A stretch of 64,000 bases of DNA from Pseudomonadota bacterium (GTDB lineage: Bacteria; Pseudomonadota; Gammaproteobacteria; JBCCGL01): NCBI GenBank assembly GCA_039029275.1, contig JBCCGL010000014.1:49961-113960 (forward strand), read 5' to 3'. The translations under genes and the position numbers were made by a program. Below are positions 39,369 through 49,614 of this stretch, piece after piece. A model generated the notes under the pieces. That model did not search any database, was not told where the DNA came from, and saw only the letters and a list, made by a program, of their open reading frames with translations. The first letter of the stretch is position 1. The number at the start of each line of letters is the position of its first letter.

Positions 39369-40478
39369 TTATTGAATGCGTATTTGTCGCACCGCGAACA
39401 ATCCATCTGGAGTGTTTATACTTCCGCTGTTTATGAAATTGACTCGCTTTGAGTCAAAAGCCGCGTGCAGGGAGTTTCCAGCGATATCTTCGATTTGGGA
39501 ATCTACAAGCAGTTGATAAGGTCCAGCGCTCCATGGGCGTTTCGGCGCTAGTGTCCATTGACGATCGTTGATCGAAACGTGACCATCGACACGTTCGCCG
39601 TGAGCGTCAACGAGTTGAATCATTCGCGGCAGCATGCCGGCATCCATTATTCTGTCGAACGTAACAGTTAACGAACTTTTTGAATTGCTTGGGGGTGATT
39701 CGATATGCCAACGTTGCGGCGAAATTGCGCGACGTTCTGCGGTATGTACATGAATTATTTTTGATTCGTCTTTACCGATTTCCACGCCCTCTGCGCTTTC
39801 CATTAAACCAGAAACAATCAATGTGTAAGTTTGATTTCCGTTCAAAGGTGTGCCGGCTCGAACGTTCGGCCCTACACCTCGCTTCAGGCGCCCGGGGTCT
39901 AGTAATAATGTCAGTCGTCTTTGACTGTTGTCCCACAGTTCCGTCGCCAAATTCAGGAACGGATCTGCGATCGTCTGACCTGCGCTGTTTTCGATACGAA
40001 TCTTGTCTCGCGCCTGGCCGCGTGCCATAGGTTCTGAAAAAGTTAGATAAAGTCTAAGCGTATTTTCGGGTATCTGCGCCGCCGTCGGCGAAACGGACAG
40101 GACCCGTGGTGAGGAGTTTTCGCGTTTGTCTATCGTAAAGCGTGCAAAAACGGGTGCCTCCATCGATGACATGTTCACCCCGACAACGTACTCTTCACCG
40201 GCTTTTAATCTAAACCTCGGTGAGAGTCGCAACACATCGGCGTTGCGAGTTGCGGTAAACAGCATCGAACGACCGGTTGCTGACGAAGCATGACGGAGTT
40301 GAATTTCGCCCGACTCAATTTCAGTTGAAAGCACTGTTGTCGCTTGGAAGCAGCACACAACAACCGCGTTAGCGTTTACATCATAACGCGCAGCGACTTC
40401 GGCTTTGAGTCCAAGGGACAAAAACAGTAGCGCGCCAAACACTGCTCGGCGCGCAAGTCTGTGAGCGACGGACATCAA
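39369..40478 (-). CDS. secreted hypothetical protein with Ig-like (Big_5-like) repeats
   Basis: Signal peptide; VLSVSP..PEN.LR.Y.TFSEPM, LTVTFDRIMD, EDIAGN. Confidence 0.65.
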   Translation of the reverse strand: MMSVAHRLARRAVFGALLFLSLGLKAEVAARYDVNANAVVVCCFQATTVLSTEIESGEIQLRHASSATGRSMLFTATRNADVLRLSPRFRLKAGEEYVVGVNMSSMEAPVFARFTIDKRENSSPRVLSVSPTAAQIPENTLRLYLTFSEPMARGQARDKIRIENSAGQTIADPFLNLATELWDNSQRRLTLLLDPGRLKRGVGPNVRAGTPLNGNQTYTLIVSGLMESAEGVEIGKDESKIIHVHTAERRAISPQRWHIESPPSNSKSSLTVTFDRIMDAGMLPRMIQLVDAHGERVDGHVSINDRQWTLAPKRPWSAGPYQLLVDSQIEDIAGNSLHAAFDSKRVNFINSGSINTPDGLFAVRQIRIQ

Positions 40479-41701
40479 TTATATTCAATCGGCGGCGCGG
40501 ATTTGTAGCCAAATGGGTCAGGCCCGTCGGCCCAATTCATTTCCACTACGTGATCTGCGCGATCAAAAAAGAATGGCATTGGCAAGGTATGAAGCTGAAT
40601 ATTGCGCGGGTCTTCTGGACTCTGTCGAACCACTACTGCCCAAGTGTCATCAACGGTATCCAGATGCAGGGTTCCGCTCATTGGCATGGCATGTTGTTCA
40701 ACGCCCGCAACTGAGAAGACCGGCTTAACCCCGGTTCCATGAGGCATCGGGTCAGCAGTGGCCAATGCGCCCAATGATATTTGCGCTGCGCTGCGATTAG
40801 TGTTAGTCACCAAAACGTTGTCTGATTTGTCCCAGGCATTTGTAAACTGAATGATATCGATTGGTGTGTTGCCGAATCCCATTTCACCAATCATCGTTCC
40901 GCGCACTTTGGCGCCGTCTTTTAGATCTTCCAAGGGTATGCGCACAACGGGCGTACATGCGTAAACCGCAATGAGGGTGGGCTCGCCCTCCAGCTCTACA
41001 ATCGTTTGTGTAATAACGGGCGCTCGAGTTTCATACTGCGCGTGTACCGCATGCCAAATTTCAACCGATGTTGTCTGTACGTCGCCAGTAAAGGGGTACG
41101 CGATACGACGCAGTTTTGAGCTGAATTCCTCGTTGGAAATTCCGGCGACGATAATCTCACCCTTGTGATAATCAATGTCGGTGATGGCGAGATTGTTCAG
41201 CGGTTGGCCAAACTCAAGTGTTTCATTCTGCGGAACCGGTCCAACACTTGTCTTTGTATGTTTGGCTGTACCCAAATCTACAAGCTCAAGTTTTCCTTTG
41301 TTAACTGCAAATATGACGGCTTCAGCGTTCGGCCCATGACCCCGGTGAACTGATAGAAAGACTTGACGCGTGGCTTTATGCACCACCATGTCGTTGATTT
41401 CGACGTCGTGCGGTTCGACGCCCAACTGCGCCGCTATCTCTCTATCCAGACCGTTGAGAATGGTGCGCCCCTCAAATGTTTGCGCGCGGCCAAGTCGATA
41501 ATCGGCTTGGTCGCTAAGGTGTTTATCGTTCAGATCAAACGCGTGGACAACACCCGCTTTTGAATCGCCTACGAACAGAACATTGTCACTATCAAACGCC
41601 AGGGCGCCTGCAGACTTGAGTGGCGAACCGGCTGCGAGTGCTACTTGCATGCTTGCCATTATCAGTGCGCTGACAGAGATCAAAGAATTGAGTTTTTGCA
41701 C
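40475..41701 (-). CDS. secreted hypothetical protein, probable beta-propeller
   Basis: Signal peptide; blade-like ALAFDSDNVLFVGDS, INDMVVH and ITDIDY segments. Confidence 0.7.
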   Translation of the reverse strand: MQKLNSLISVSALIMASMQVALAAGSPLKSAGALAFDSDNVLFVGDSKAGVVHAFDLNDKHLSDQADYRLGRAQTFEGRTILNGLDREIAAQLGVEPHDVEINDMVVHKATRQVFLSVHRGHGPNAEAVIFAVNKGKLELVDLGTAKHTKTSVGPVPQNETLEFGQPLNNLAITDIDYHKGEIIVAGISNEEFSSKLRRIAYPFTGDVQTTSVEIWHAVHAQYETRAPVITQTIVELEGEPTLIAVYACTPVVRIPLEDLKDGAKVRGTMIGEMGFGNTPIDIIQFTNAWDKSDNVLVTNTNRSAAQISLGALATADPMPHGTGVKPVFSVAGVEQHAMPMSGTLHLDTVDDTWAVVVRQSPEDPRNIQLHTLPMPFFFDRADHVVEMNWADGPDPFGYKSAPPIEYN

Positions 41702-41780
41702 CTAAGGCTCCGTTTGTATTTCGACGTGCACACTATAATCGTTGCCCCAATTCGAATAGTTGCTAATATTCGCCCGGCTT

Positions 41781-41797
41781 GTTCTAGTTTGGAGAAC
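41781..41797. promoter_or_regulatory. LysR-type palindrome GTTCT-N7-AGAAC
   Basis: Inverted repeat immediately upstream of the LysR start in a divergent gap. Confidence 0.5.
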
Positions 41798-41801
41798 GAA
41801 G

Positions 41802-42686
41802 ATGGGGCAGCTAGAAGACCTTCGCGTATTCGTCGCCATTGTCGATAGCAACGGAATCTCTCGAGCCGCAGAGGAATTGCACATCGCCAAATCGGCGGTT
41901 AGCCGAAGGCTGAGTCAGTTGGAAGACCGCTACGAGGTGCGCTTAATCGATCGAGAACGCGGTGCCTGGATGCTGACCGACGCAGGTCGAGAGCTTTATC
42001 AGCGTGCGCTGCGCCTGGTTAACGAAAGCGATGAATTGGATGCAGATTTCAAGCAGCCCGCTTTTGTGTTGGCCGGGCCACTGGCCGTATCCGTACCCGC
42101 AGAGTTCGGCCTGGCGTTTCTGCAAGCGACGTTGGTGGACTTTCAGACTCGCCATCCAGAAATACAGTTTTCCGTCGATTTCGACGATCGCCGGGTCGAT
42201 CTTGACCGAGAAAACTATGACATCGCAATTCGTATCACCGATACATTAGATTCCGAACTTGTTGAGCAGCCCTTGGGTAAAATGTGTCGAGGTCTTTTTG
42301 CGAGCCCGGAATATATTAAAGGCGCAGGTATGCCGCGAACGTTCGAAGAACTCGCAGCCCATCGACTCTTGTACTACGGCAAAGAACGACGGTGTGAATG
42401 GGTTTTTGGAAAAGGGCAAGAAGAACGCAAACTGACTTTCACTCCAGCGCTTAACTCTAACAGTGGCCAGTTTCTTTATCAGGCTACATTGCATGGCCTT
42501 GGTATTTCAAGATTGCCACTCTTCATCGCAAACGAGGCGAAGCAGGATGGACGGTTAATCACGCTATTGCCTGAACTACAGATTCGTACTTATTCGATCA
42601 GTCTTGTTTATCCGTCCAATCGCAGAGTCAATCAACGAATGCGCGTATTCGCTAAAGAGATGTCGCTAGCCTGTGAAGCGCTTTAG
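41802..42686 (+). CDS. LysR family regulator (CrgA/DmlR-like)
   Basis: LRVFVAIVD..GISRAAEEL.IAKSAVSRRL, DIAIRI, ASPEY. Confidence 0.92.
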   Translation: MGQLEDLRVFVAIVDSNGISRAAEELHIAKSAVSRRLSQLEDRYEVRLIDRERGAWMLTDAGRELYQRALRLVNESDELDADFKQPAFVLAGPLAVSVPAEFGLAFLQATLVDFQTRHPEIQFSVDFDDRRVDLDRENYDIAIRITDTLDSELVEQPLGKMCRGLFASPEYIKGAGMPRTFEELAAHRLLYYGKERRCEWVFGKGQEERKLTFTPALNSNSGQFLYQATLHGLGISRLPLFIANEAKQDGRLITLLPELQIRTYSISLVYPSNRRVNQRMRVFAKEMSLACEAL

Positions 42687-42767
42687 AAGTCGCGGCGCGC
42701 TAAAACGCAACGCCGCTGTATATTCTGTACCGTGTTTGCTAAGAATGGATGATGTGAGAGTCAGCAC

Positions 42768-43139
42768 TCAACGTTTATTGATCGCCCAGATTCCGGGGCC
42801 TTTCGCCGCCATATACAGGAATGCGAAACTGTAAAACGCGGTAATTTCACCACCGTTCGCAATTGGAAACGGATGGTTTAGGCCGTGTACCAGCCAATAA
42901 CCCACCGCCATTGTTCCGCTGGCGATGAACGCGGCGAATCGGGAATAGAATCCAACTATAATCAAAGCGCCCGCCACTATTTCAATAATGCCAGCAGCGG
43001 TACTCATCGGGTTTAAATCGTATGGAAACGAAATTGGAAAACTGAACAACTTTTGCGTTCCGTGGCATAAAAATAGAAACCCGGTCACCACTCGGAAAGC
43101 TGCGTAGGTTTGCTCAGTGAAGCTGTTCAAAATATTCAT
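42768..43139 (-). CDS. DoxX family membrane protein
   Basis: HGTQKLF, AAFIASG.MAV.Y, NGGE, GPG.W. Confidence 0.88.
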   Translation of the reverse strand: MNILNSFTEQTYAAFRVVTGFLFLCHGTQKLFSFPISFPYDLNPMSTAAGIIEIVAGALIIVGFYSRFAAFIASGTMAVGYWLVHGLNHPFPIANGGEITAFYSFAFLYMAAKGPGIWAINKR

Positions 43140-43252
43140 AATATCCTCCTCAAGTTAAAAAATACCTATTTCGTTGGTAACACTGAATAAAGTAGATGAC
43201 ATAATGTGTAGCAATTTCGCAGACAGAATGCGTATGTGAGTTAAGCGAAATA

Positions 43253-43870
43253 TTATTTGCGTTTACCAATACAAATCAGTGCTGTTGGTTTAATTGACTC
43301 ATTAACGCCCAATAATTTTTGTACTTTCTCATCGTCGAATCCCCCGACCAAAACTGCGCCTAAATCAATACAACTCGCTTGTAGCTGAACATTTTGTGCG
43401 ATCGACCCTGCTTCCAAGTAAATATAGCGGTCGCCTCTTTTGCCGCGTGGCGGCTGTTCGAAAAAATGAGTTTTCATCAGTTCAAAATCAGCAGTTAAGA
43501 CCAGGATCATCGCTGCTTCAAGCCCCCATGGTTGGTGATCAATCGCTGCACTAAAAAATTCTTTTCGAAAATCTTTTTTAGTCTTTAAGTCGAGAGAGTG
43601 TTCGTGTGAGCAATATTGAAAAATTCCCGGAGATAAGTCAGATATATTTACCACGACAACATATATTTGGCTCGGGTACTGGGCGCCAGCTGACGGTGTG
43701 GTTCGTTTGTTTTCGGAACCGGTTAGTCCTTGCGCTGCCCACAGTAAAACGGATATTTCACGTAAGTCAATCGATGCTTCTGAAAATTCTCGATAACTCC
43801 TGCGCTTTGCAATAACGCTGTTTAGCGACTTGGTATTTGTGGTATCTGGAGGAGGAAGGTCAATTTTCAT
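43253..43870 (-). CDS. SagB/ThcOx-like nitroreductase family protein
   Basis: RRS.REF, LLWAAQG, RTTPSAGA.YP, LEAG.IAQN..L. Confidence 0.88.
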   Translation of the reverse strand: MKIDLPPPDTTNTKSLNSVIAKRRSYREFSEASIDLREISVLLWAAQGLTGSENKRTTPSAGAQYPSQIYVVVVNISDLSPGIFQYCSHEHSLDLKTKKDFRKEFFSAAIDHQPWGLEAAMILVLTADFELMKTHFFEQPPRGKRGDRYIYLEAGSIAQNVQLQASCIDLGAVLVGGFDDEKVQKLLGVNESIKPTALICIGKRK

Positions 43871-43889
43871 TGCGTATTTTGATTTTTTG

Positions 43890-43965
43890 TACCTGTGCTT
43901 TTGGCTTAGCGGTGCCAGCGCCGATTTTCAGTGCCTTGTGAGCGAACTTGAATTGCGCATAAGTG
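43890..43965 (-). repeat. degenerate attC-like element
   Basis: Minus strand GCAATTCAAGTTCGCTCAC...GGCACCGCTAAGCC; shares AAGTTCGC with the 46385-46452 element. Confidence 0.35.
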
Positions 43966-44014
43966 ATACCCGCTGATGTGAGTCTTCTTTAATCAGACAA
44001 AAAATTCAGAGAGA

Positions 44015-45277
44015 TCACGGCTCTGACCGTTTCCCGGTAATTAATCGCGCACCGCGACCGTAGGTGACATATTGTCTTAACCAGTTCAATGCAACCAGAA
44101 TTGGACTTCGCACGCCAATAAGGAAATAGATGTGCGCGATCCCCCAAATCCACCAGGCGACGAGTCCGGTAAGCCGCATAAATGGCAATTCTATCACGGC
44201 AGATTTTCGTCCAATGGTTGCCAGATTACCACTATGGCGATAGCGAAATACGGTGGGCGGAGATTGTCCGGTTATGCGTGATTGGATCAGCCCTGCAACA
44301 AACCGCCCTTGCTGTTTTGCGGCAGGCGCAATCCCCGGCACTGGCGCACCCTGATCATCGTTAACGGCTGCAGTGTCGCCAATAACAAATACGTTGGGAT
44401 ATCCAGCAATGGACAGATCGTCTTGCACCAGCGCTCTTCCCGCAGAATCGCTTTCCACACCCAGCCACTGTGCTGCAGGCGATGCTGCGACGCCCGCTGC
44501 CCACAACACTGTTGCCGAGGGGATTTGGGTCTCAGCGACAACAACGCCGTCGCTGTCGCACAGGGTAACGGCGTCACCAAGACGTACGTCGACCCCGAGC
44601 GATTCAAGCGAACGTCTGGCGTAATCAGAAAGTTCCTGCGGCATGGCGGGCAAAACCCGCAGGCCTGCCTCGATCAATATCACCCGAGCGCTGCGCGAAT
44701 CAATATGTCGAAAATCGGAAGCCAGCGTCCATTTCGCCAGTTCCGCAATCGTGCCGGCCAGTTCCACACCGGTTGGCCCTGCACCGACGACCACAAATGT
44801 GAGTAGACGCTGGCGCTCGCTTTCCTCATCTGTCATTTCGGCTTTTTCGAAGGCGAGCAGAACACGCTGCCGGATCAGCGTTGCATCGTCGATGCTTTTA
44901 AGACCTGGCGCAAACGCCTCCCATTCTTGATGGCCAAAATAGGCATGTCGGGCTCCGGTGGCGAGTATCAAATAATCAAACGGAATCCTGCGTGCTTTAG
45001 TTACGACATTGTTTGTATCAAGGTCCACATCGCAAACCTCGTCGAGAAGCACCGTGACATTTTTTTGATCACTCAAAATGCCGCGAATTGGCCAGGCAAT
45101 ATCAGACGGTGCCAGACCCGCAGTCGCTACCTGATAGAGCAGCGGCTGAAACAAGTGATAATTCTGCCGATCAATCAGCGTTATATTGACGTCGGTTTTT
45201 CGTAGACCCAAGGTAGTGAAGAGTCCACCGAAACCTGCGCCTACTACAACAACTTGAGGCTTATCGGGGTTTTTCAT
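44015..45277 (-). CDS. type II NADH dehydrogenase-like FAD-dependent oxidoreductase
   Basis: VVGAGFGG, FQPLLYQVATAGL, VVGAGPTGVELAG, WAAGV, IGD. Confidence 0.9.
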   Translation of the reverse strand: MKNPDKPQVVVVGAGFGGLFTTLGLRKTDVNITLIDRQNYHLFQPLLYQVATAGLAPSDIAWPIRGILSDQKNVTVLLDEVCDVDLDTNNVVTKARRIPFDYLILATGARHAYFGHQEWEAFAPGLKSIDDATLIRQRVLLAFEKAEMTDEESERQRLLTFVVVGAGPTGVELAGTIAELAKWTLASDFRHIDSRSARVILIEAGLRVLPAMPQELSDYARRSLESLGVDVRLGDAVTLCDSDGVVVAETQIPSATVLWAAGVAASPAAQWLGVESDSAGRALVQDDLSIAGYPNVFVIGDTAAVNDDQGAPVPGIAPAAKQQGRFVAGLIQSRITGQSPPTVFRYRHSGNLATIGRKSAVIELPFMRLTGLVAWWIWGIAHIYFLIGVRSPILVALNWLRQYVTYGRGARLITGKRSEP

Positions 45278-45359
45278 TAATGTCGCCAAATGTGTGCACC
45301 AGAGGCCAAACGCGAGACCGTATGGTCTGCGATTGTGACTGGGCTAATTCTAAAGTACT

Positions 45360-45890
45360 TCAATGTGCGTGATTGTGGTTTCCGCTTCCACTTGAATACC
45401 CCCGAAGAGAGTCGTACATCTTTACTTGATGATGAGACAGAACATTTTTCATCTTCAGATGAGCAAGTAAGTGAGTACCGCGAAGCATTGCTCTGGTTTT
45501 GCCAATTTTTAAGAGCAGGGGATCGAGTGTCGAGGCTGATATCTGCTTACTCGAAAAAAGTATATCCAGCTCTTCTTCGTATTTTACAAGCTGAGTTCCA
45601 AGGTAAATTGCTTTTTCGCGCATCTTTTCAAATATTAGATTTGTTTGTTCAATCTGATGCGCAGACAGGTGTAGTTGCTCAGTCAAATCGAGCACATGCC
45701 GAGGCCCCGGGTAGTGATTAAGCTCTGCCGCTTTAGCAAAGCCCATGCCGTGACCTTTCAGCAACGCAGCAATCTCATCAGGTGCAAGTGATTTGATATT
45801 TTTTGTTTCCTCTCCCGCATAAGGGGATTGTGTGGAGGCCAAGGATAGATTCGCGCCGACGAAAAACAGGATGGCAAATATCAGTCTCAT
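45360..45890 (-). CDS. Spy/CpxP-like periplasmic protein
   Basis: Signal peptide, SPYAG, GMGFAKAAELNHYPGP.HVL, LSHHQ..YD.LRGY, His-rich tail. Confidence 0.75.
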   Translation of the reverse strand: MRLIFAILFFVGANLSLASTQSPYAGEETKNIKSLAPDEIAALLKGHGMGFAKAAELNHYPGPRHVLDLTEQLHLSAHQIEQTNLIFEKMREKAIYLGTQLVKYEEELDILFSSKQISASTLDPLLLKIGKTRAMLRGTHLLAHLKMKNVLSHHQVKMYDSLRGYSSGSGNHNHAH

Positions 45891-45964
45891 ATCAATTTTC
45901 CTACGTATCGTAATACCCGACATCAGCGCCAAACCGACTGCGCGTTTTTGCTCGCCGGCATTGC

Positions 45965-46372
45965 TCATTTTCGATCATAAGGAACCACTGCGATCGGAGT
46001 GAGTTCTACCAGAAAATCCTCGTGGCCAAGACCAGCTACCCTAACAGAGGTGCTGACAGGAGGGTTCTCTTGCGTGAGGAATTCGTTTCGAACCGACTGT
46101 ATCTTAGGTAAATCTTCCAGATAGAGACAATACGTGGTGATGGACACAATATCCTCAAGTTTTCCACCGACTTCATTCAGAAGAGATTCGATGTTTCGAA
46201 AGCACTGTCGCGTTTGTTCCGCGACATCACCTCTACCGACTATATTTTCTTCCGCATCCCAGGCGACTTGCCCGGTTAAGTAGATGAGGTTTCCTGCGGG
46301 TGGAATGACACCCATGCTAAAACCACGTCCGCGAGATTTCCATACCGATTCCGATTCAAAAGATTTACGCAT
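45965..46372 (-). CDS. RidA family protein
   Basis: IYLTGQVA, EQT.QCF.NI, P.ST.V.V.GL...LVE. Confidence 0.85.
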   Translation of the reverse strand: MRKSFESESVWKSRGRGFSMGVIPPAGNLIYLTGQVAWDAEENIVGRGDVAEQTRQCFRNIESLLNEVGGKLEDIVSITTYCLYLEDLPKIQSVRNEFLTQENPPVSTSVRVAGLGHEDFLVELTPIAVVPYDRK

Positions 46373-46384
46373 GCGAAGATTCAG

Positions 46385-46452
46385 TTAGTGCCTCAATTTA
46401 GGGGTCCAGCGAGAAAGCGCAATCGAAAGCGCGAACTTAAGCGGTATAGTTC
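46385..46452 (-). repeat. degenerate attC-like element
   Basis: Minus strand GAACTATACCGCTTAAGTTCGC...CCCCTAAATTGAGGCACTAA, starting just after a stop codon. Confidence 0.4.
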
Positions 46453-46454
46453 TT

Positions 46455-46922
46455 TCAAACGTCTATCTCTCTCACTGAGCGATTGATTTCGTCCTGGCAC
46501 GATTTGTCGATTTCTATCTTTTTTCCGTCATCCATCTTTTGGTCAACAGACGTTGTCTCGACCACGTACATCGGCTTCGCAGAGAGTAGCGAAAACGGAA
46601 TGTTATAAACAACCCCGCTGTTCTCATCAGACCACGTGAAGACCACATGTGGCGGTACGTCTGTTTGGTGATGAAACCAGGTGCCTCTTATCTTTTGAAT
46701 TTCTCCCACAAAATACTGATCCATGCATTCGGGAATAGTCATTTCCAGATTCTTCGCCTGAAACGTTCGAGTAACCACATCGAATTTTACGGGTTGCACA
46801 TATTCGGGAATTTCGAGGATAAATCCTTTCTCGTCCATTTCCAGCTCGGCATTGTCGTGTGCGAGACACATCTTCGCGAATAAAAGTATCAGTACTAATC
46901 CAATTCCAACGATTTTTTTCAT
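46455..46922 (-). CDS. secreted hypothetical protein
   Basis: 155-aa ORF with signal peptide, AT-rich. Confidence 0.65.
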   Translation of the reverse strand: MKKIVGIGLVLILLFAKMCLAHDNAELEMDEKGFILEIPEYVQPVKFDVVTRTFQAKNLEMTIPECMDQYFVGEIQKIRGTWFHHQTDVPPHVVFTWSDENSGVVYNIPFSLLSAKPMYVVETTSVDQKMDDGKKIEIDKSCQDEINRSVREIDV

Positions 46923-47171
46923 TTGATTCGATTTTTAACGCATCGGTAAATCACAAGCGCTTAAGTGCATAAAGCAGGTTAAAGATGGGGCGGTGCAAAC
47001 AACGCTTTGAATCTTTTCATAGACCGCTGCGCCTTTTCAAGGCATCAGGCGAGCAAGGGCTCTGGAATACCGTTTTTGGTATTGCTTTTTTAAATCAACC
47101 GGATCGAAATATATCCATATCCGCAGGGGTGCACAATCTGATATAAATTCGCACATTAAACGCGGACTTTA

Positions 47172-48187
47172 TTGAAGCAGGACACCATGTTGCAACCTCA
47201 ACTCAATTTGGAAAGCCTTGCCCGCAAGCTCGACGCGGGTGGATTTAATCCAGATGACGCCGCCGAATCGCTGACGTTACCATCTGTTTGGTACTACGAT
47301 TCGGAAATTTTTGAACTGGAACAGCAGCGTTTGTTCCTGCGTGCGTGGGTTTACGTTGGGCATGTTACCGATCTGAATGCACCGGGCAGGCAACTTGCTG
47401 CTCATGTGGGTGATCAGGCTGTTCTTGTAATCCGAAACGATGAGAACGAATTGCAGGCGTTCGACAGCGCTGATCTGCGCCCGGTGCGAGTTGAGGTCTA
47501 CGCCGGACTTTTGTTTGTAAATTTCGACACAGACGCCGTGCCGCTGGCCTCGCAGGCGAGCCAGCTTCTGGAAGCGATCAATCGGGTTTGCCCGGATTTA
47601 GCACACATGAAATGCGCGCACCGTGCGACACGCGACGTTGCGGCAAACTGGAAAACGATTGTTGATAACAACCACGAGTGCTACCACTGCGCAGTGAACC
47701 ACCCCGATTTAATGGCGATGACCGATTACTCCGCGCGCGCGACCTGGTCCGATGAAGGCATCACGTTTGTCCACACGCTGGACGGCTACAGTGAGGATAG
47801 CGCGCCATTTACCTGCGAGCATTCAGGGACCGAATCGCTCTACAGTTTTATCTTCCCGACTGCGATCCCGCTTTTCTTTGCTGGGACCGGCGGTCTGGTT
47901 CTGTTTCACATTCGGCCGACCGGCCCGCAGACGAGCCAAATTGGGCATGACTTTTACTTCCCCGATGGTACGTCAGCAAAGGCGCAGTCTGAATTCATCG
48001 ACTACATCACCCAAACGCTGGCCACCGAAGACGTGGGGTGGGCCTGTGCGTGAAGGTGCAAGAAGGGTTGAACTCAAAAGGATACGTTCAGGGGAAGTTT
48101 GTTGTGGACTATGACAACTTTGGGTTTTCGGAGCACCATGTCCATTTTTTTCAGGCACTGGCATACCGAGCGCTTGTGGAGGCTTGA
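47172..48187 (+). pseudogene. Rieske oxygenase alpha subunit lacking the [2Fe-2S] domain, with a 5-bp duplication frameshift
   Basis: ELQAF joined directly to DSADL with no CxH...CxxH; NWK..VDN.HECYHC retained; GTGGG duplicated at 48033-48042 and removing one copy restores DVGLCVKVQEGL..EHHVHFFQ to TGA 48187. Confidence 0.85.
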
Positions 48188-48193
48188 TCTAAA

Positions 48194-49480
48194 GTGGAGT
48201 CGTATTGGGCCGAAACTGCGGGGGCGGATCAAGCTTGGCCGACCGTGCAGGGGGCGCTAACAGCAGACGTTGTAATCGTTGGCGGCGGATACCTCGGGCT
48301 CTCCTGCGCTCTGCAACTGGCGGCGCAGGCCACAAATGTGATCTTGCTGGACGCGCAAACCCCGGGTTGGGGGGCGTCCGGGCGCAACGGTGGCCAGATC
48401 ATCCCGGGCCACAAATACGAACGCACCGATCTGGTCGAAAAGCTCGGGGAAGAGCGCGGCGGGCGCCTGTTTTCCTGGGCGGGAACGTTTGCCGATCAGA
48501 CGCTCGATCTAATCGAACGTTATCAGATTGACTGCGACGCCTCTCAATCTGGCTGGATTCAGCCAGCGCACGCAAAATCTGTCCTCGACAAGATGATCAC
48601 GCGAGTGCGCGAATGGGAGCAGGAAGGTGCCAACCCAAAAATTGTCGACGCAGCGGAAACATCGCGCTTATTGGGTACAGACTGGTACAAGGGCGCGTAT
48701 GTGGATCCGCGCGGTGGTCGTCTGCATCCGCTCAAATACGCGCGCGGTCTTGCCAGAGCCGCCGCCGACGCTGGAGCGTCGATCTTCGCGAATTCTGCTG
48801 CGACAAAGTTGGAACGCGTATCCGGCAAGTGGAACGTTTCGACAGCGTCCGGAACCGTTTTTGCAGAACAGGTGCTGATTTGTACCAACGCCTACACAGA
48901 AGCGGGCGATCATTTAATCAAAGGCCTGTACAAAAGCGTTGTTCCATTCCCGTCCTATATCATCGGTACAGGCCCGCTGACCGACAATCAGCGCGAGTCG
49001 ATCCTTCCCGACGGTCAAACAGCGGCAGACCTCAAGCAACTGATCAACTACTTCCGGCTTGAGGCGGATGGGTGCTTCCTGTTCGGTGGGCGTGGTCCGC
49101 TGCGCGAAACGGATGATCCCGGTGTATATGAGCCCATCCGTCGCAAGATGTTGGAGTTTTTTCCACAGTTGGCTGCTGTGCCCATGCAATACGGCTGGAG
49201 CGGGCGGGTCGCGCTTACATCTGATGGTTTGCCGCATTTGCATAACGCTGCGCCGGGTCTTTGGGCGTCGCTCGGGTGTAACGGGCGCGGGGTGGGATAT
49301 GCGACCGGAACCGGTAAGCTGCTCGCGGAGTTGATACAAGGATCTGACCCGGCACAGTCGCCGATTCCAATTACACCGGTTTCGCGCATACCGTTTCATA
49401 GTCTTTATTTGCTCGGTGCGGGGATTGCTGTGTGGCACAAGAACCGATGCGATCAGGTAGAGCGCAATCGGTCGGCTTAG
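48194..49480 (+). CDS. FAD-dependent oxidoreductase (DAO/PuuB-like)
   Basis: VGGGYLGLS, GASGRNGG, CTNAY, GCNGRG. Confidence 0.9.
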   Translation: MESYWAETAGADQAWPTVQGALTADVVIVGGGYLGLSCALQLAAQATNVILLDAQTPGWGASGRNGGQIIPGHKYERTDLVEKLGEERGGRLFSWAGTFADQTLDLIERYQIDCDASQSGWIQPAHAKSVLDKMITRVREWEQEGANPKIVDAAETSRLLGTDWYKGAYVDPRGGRLHPLKYARGLARAAADAGASIFANSAATKLERVSGKWNVSTASGTVFAEQVLICTNAYTEAGDHLIKGLYKSVVPFPSYIIGTGPLTDNQRESILPDGQTAADLKQLINYFRLEADGCFLFGGRGPLRETDDPGVYEPIRRKMLEFFPQLAAVPMQYGWSGRVALTSDGLPHLHNAAPGLWASLGCNGRGVGYATGTGKLLAELIQGSDPAQSPIPITPVSRIPFHSLYLLGAGIAVWHKNRCDQVERNRSA

Positions 49481-49530
49481 CTGTAGCAAACAGCGCAAAC
49501 GATTGGGACTAGATTGATATTTTTGTTTTC

Positions 49531-49588
49531 GTTGTAGCGCGTCGGTTCAGCGAGCGGTGTGAGGTCAGGCTGAATGTGCTGGCTAAGA
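49531..49588 (-). repeat. degenerate attC-like element
   Basis: Minus strand TCTTAGCCAGCACATTCAGC..ACCTCACACC..GCTGAACCGACGCGCTACAAC; TTCAGC/GCTGAA arms pair. Confidence 0.45.
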
Positions 49589-49614
49589 GTTTTGTCATCA
49601 GGTTTGTTGGCAAA

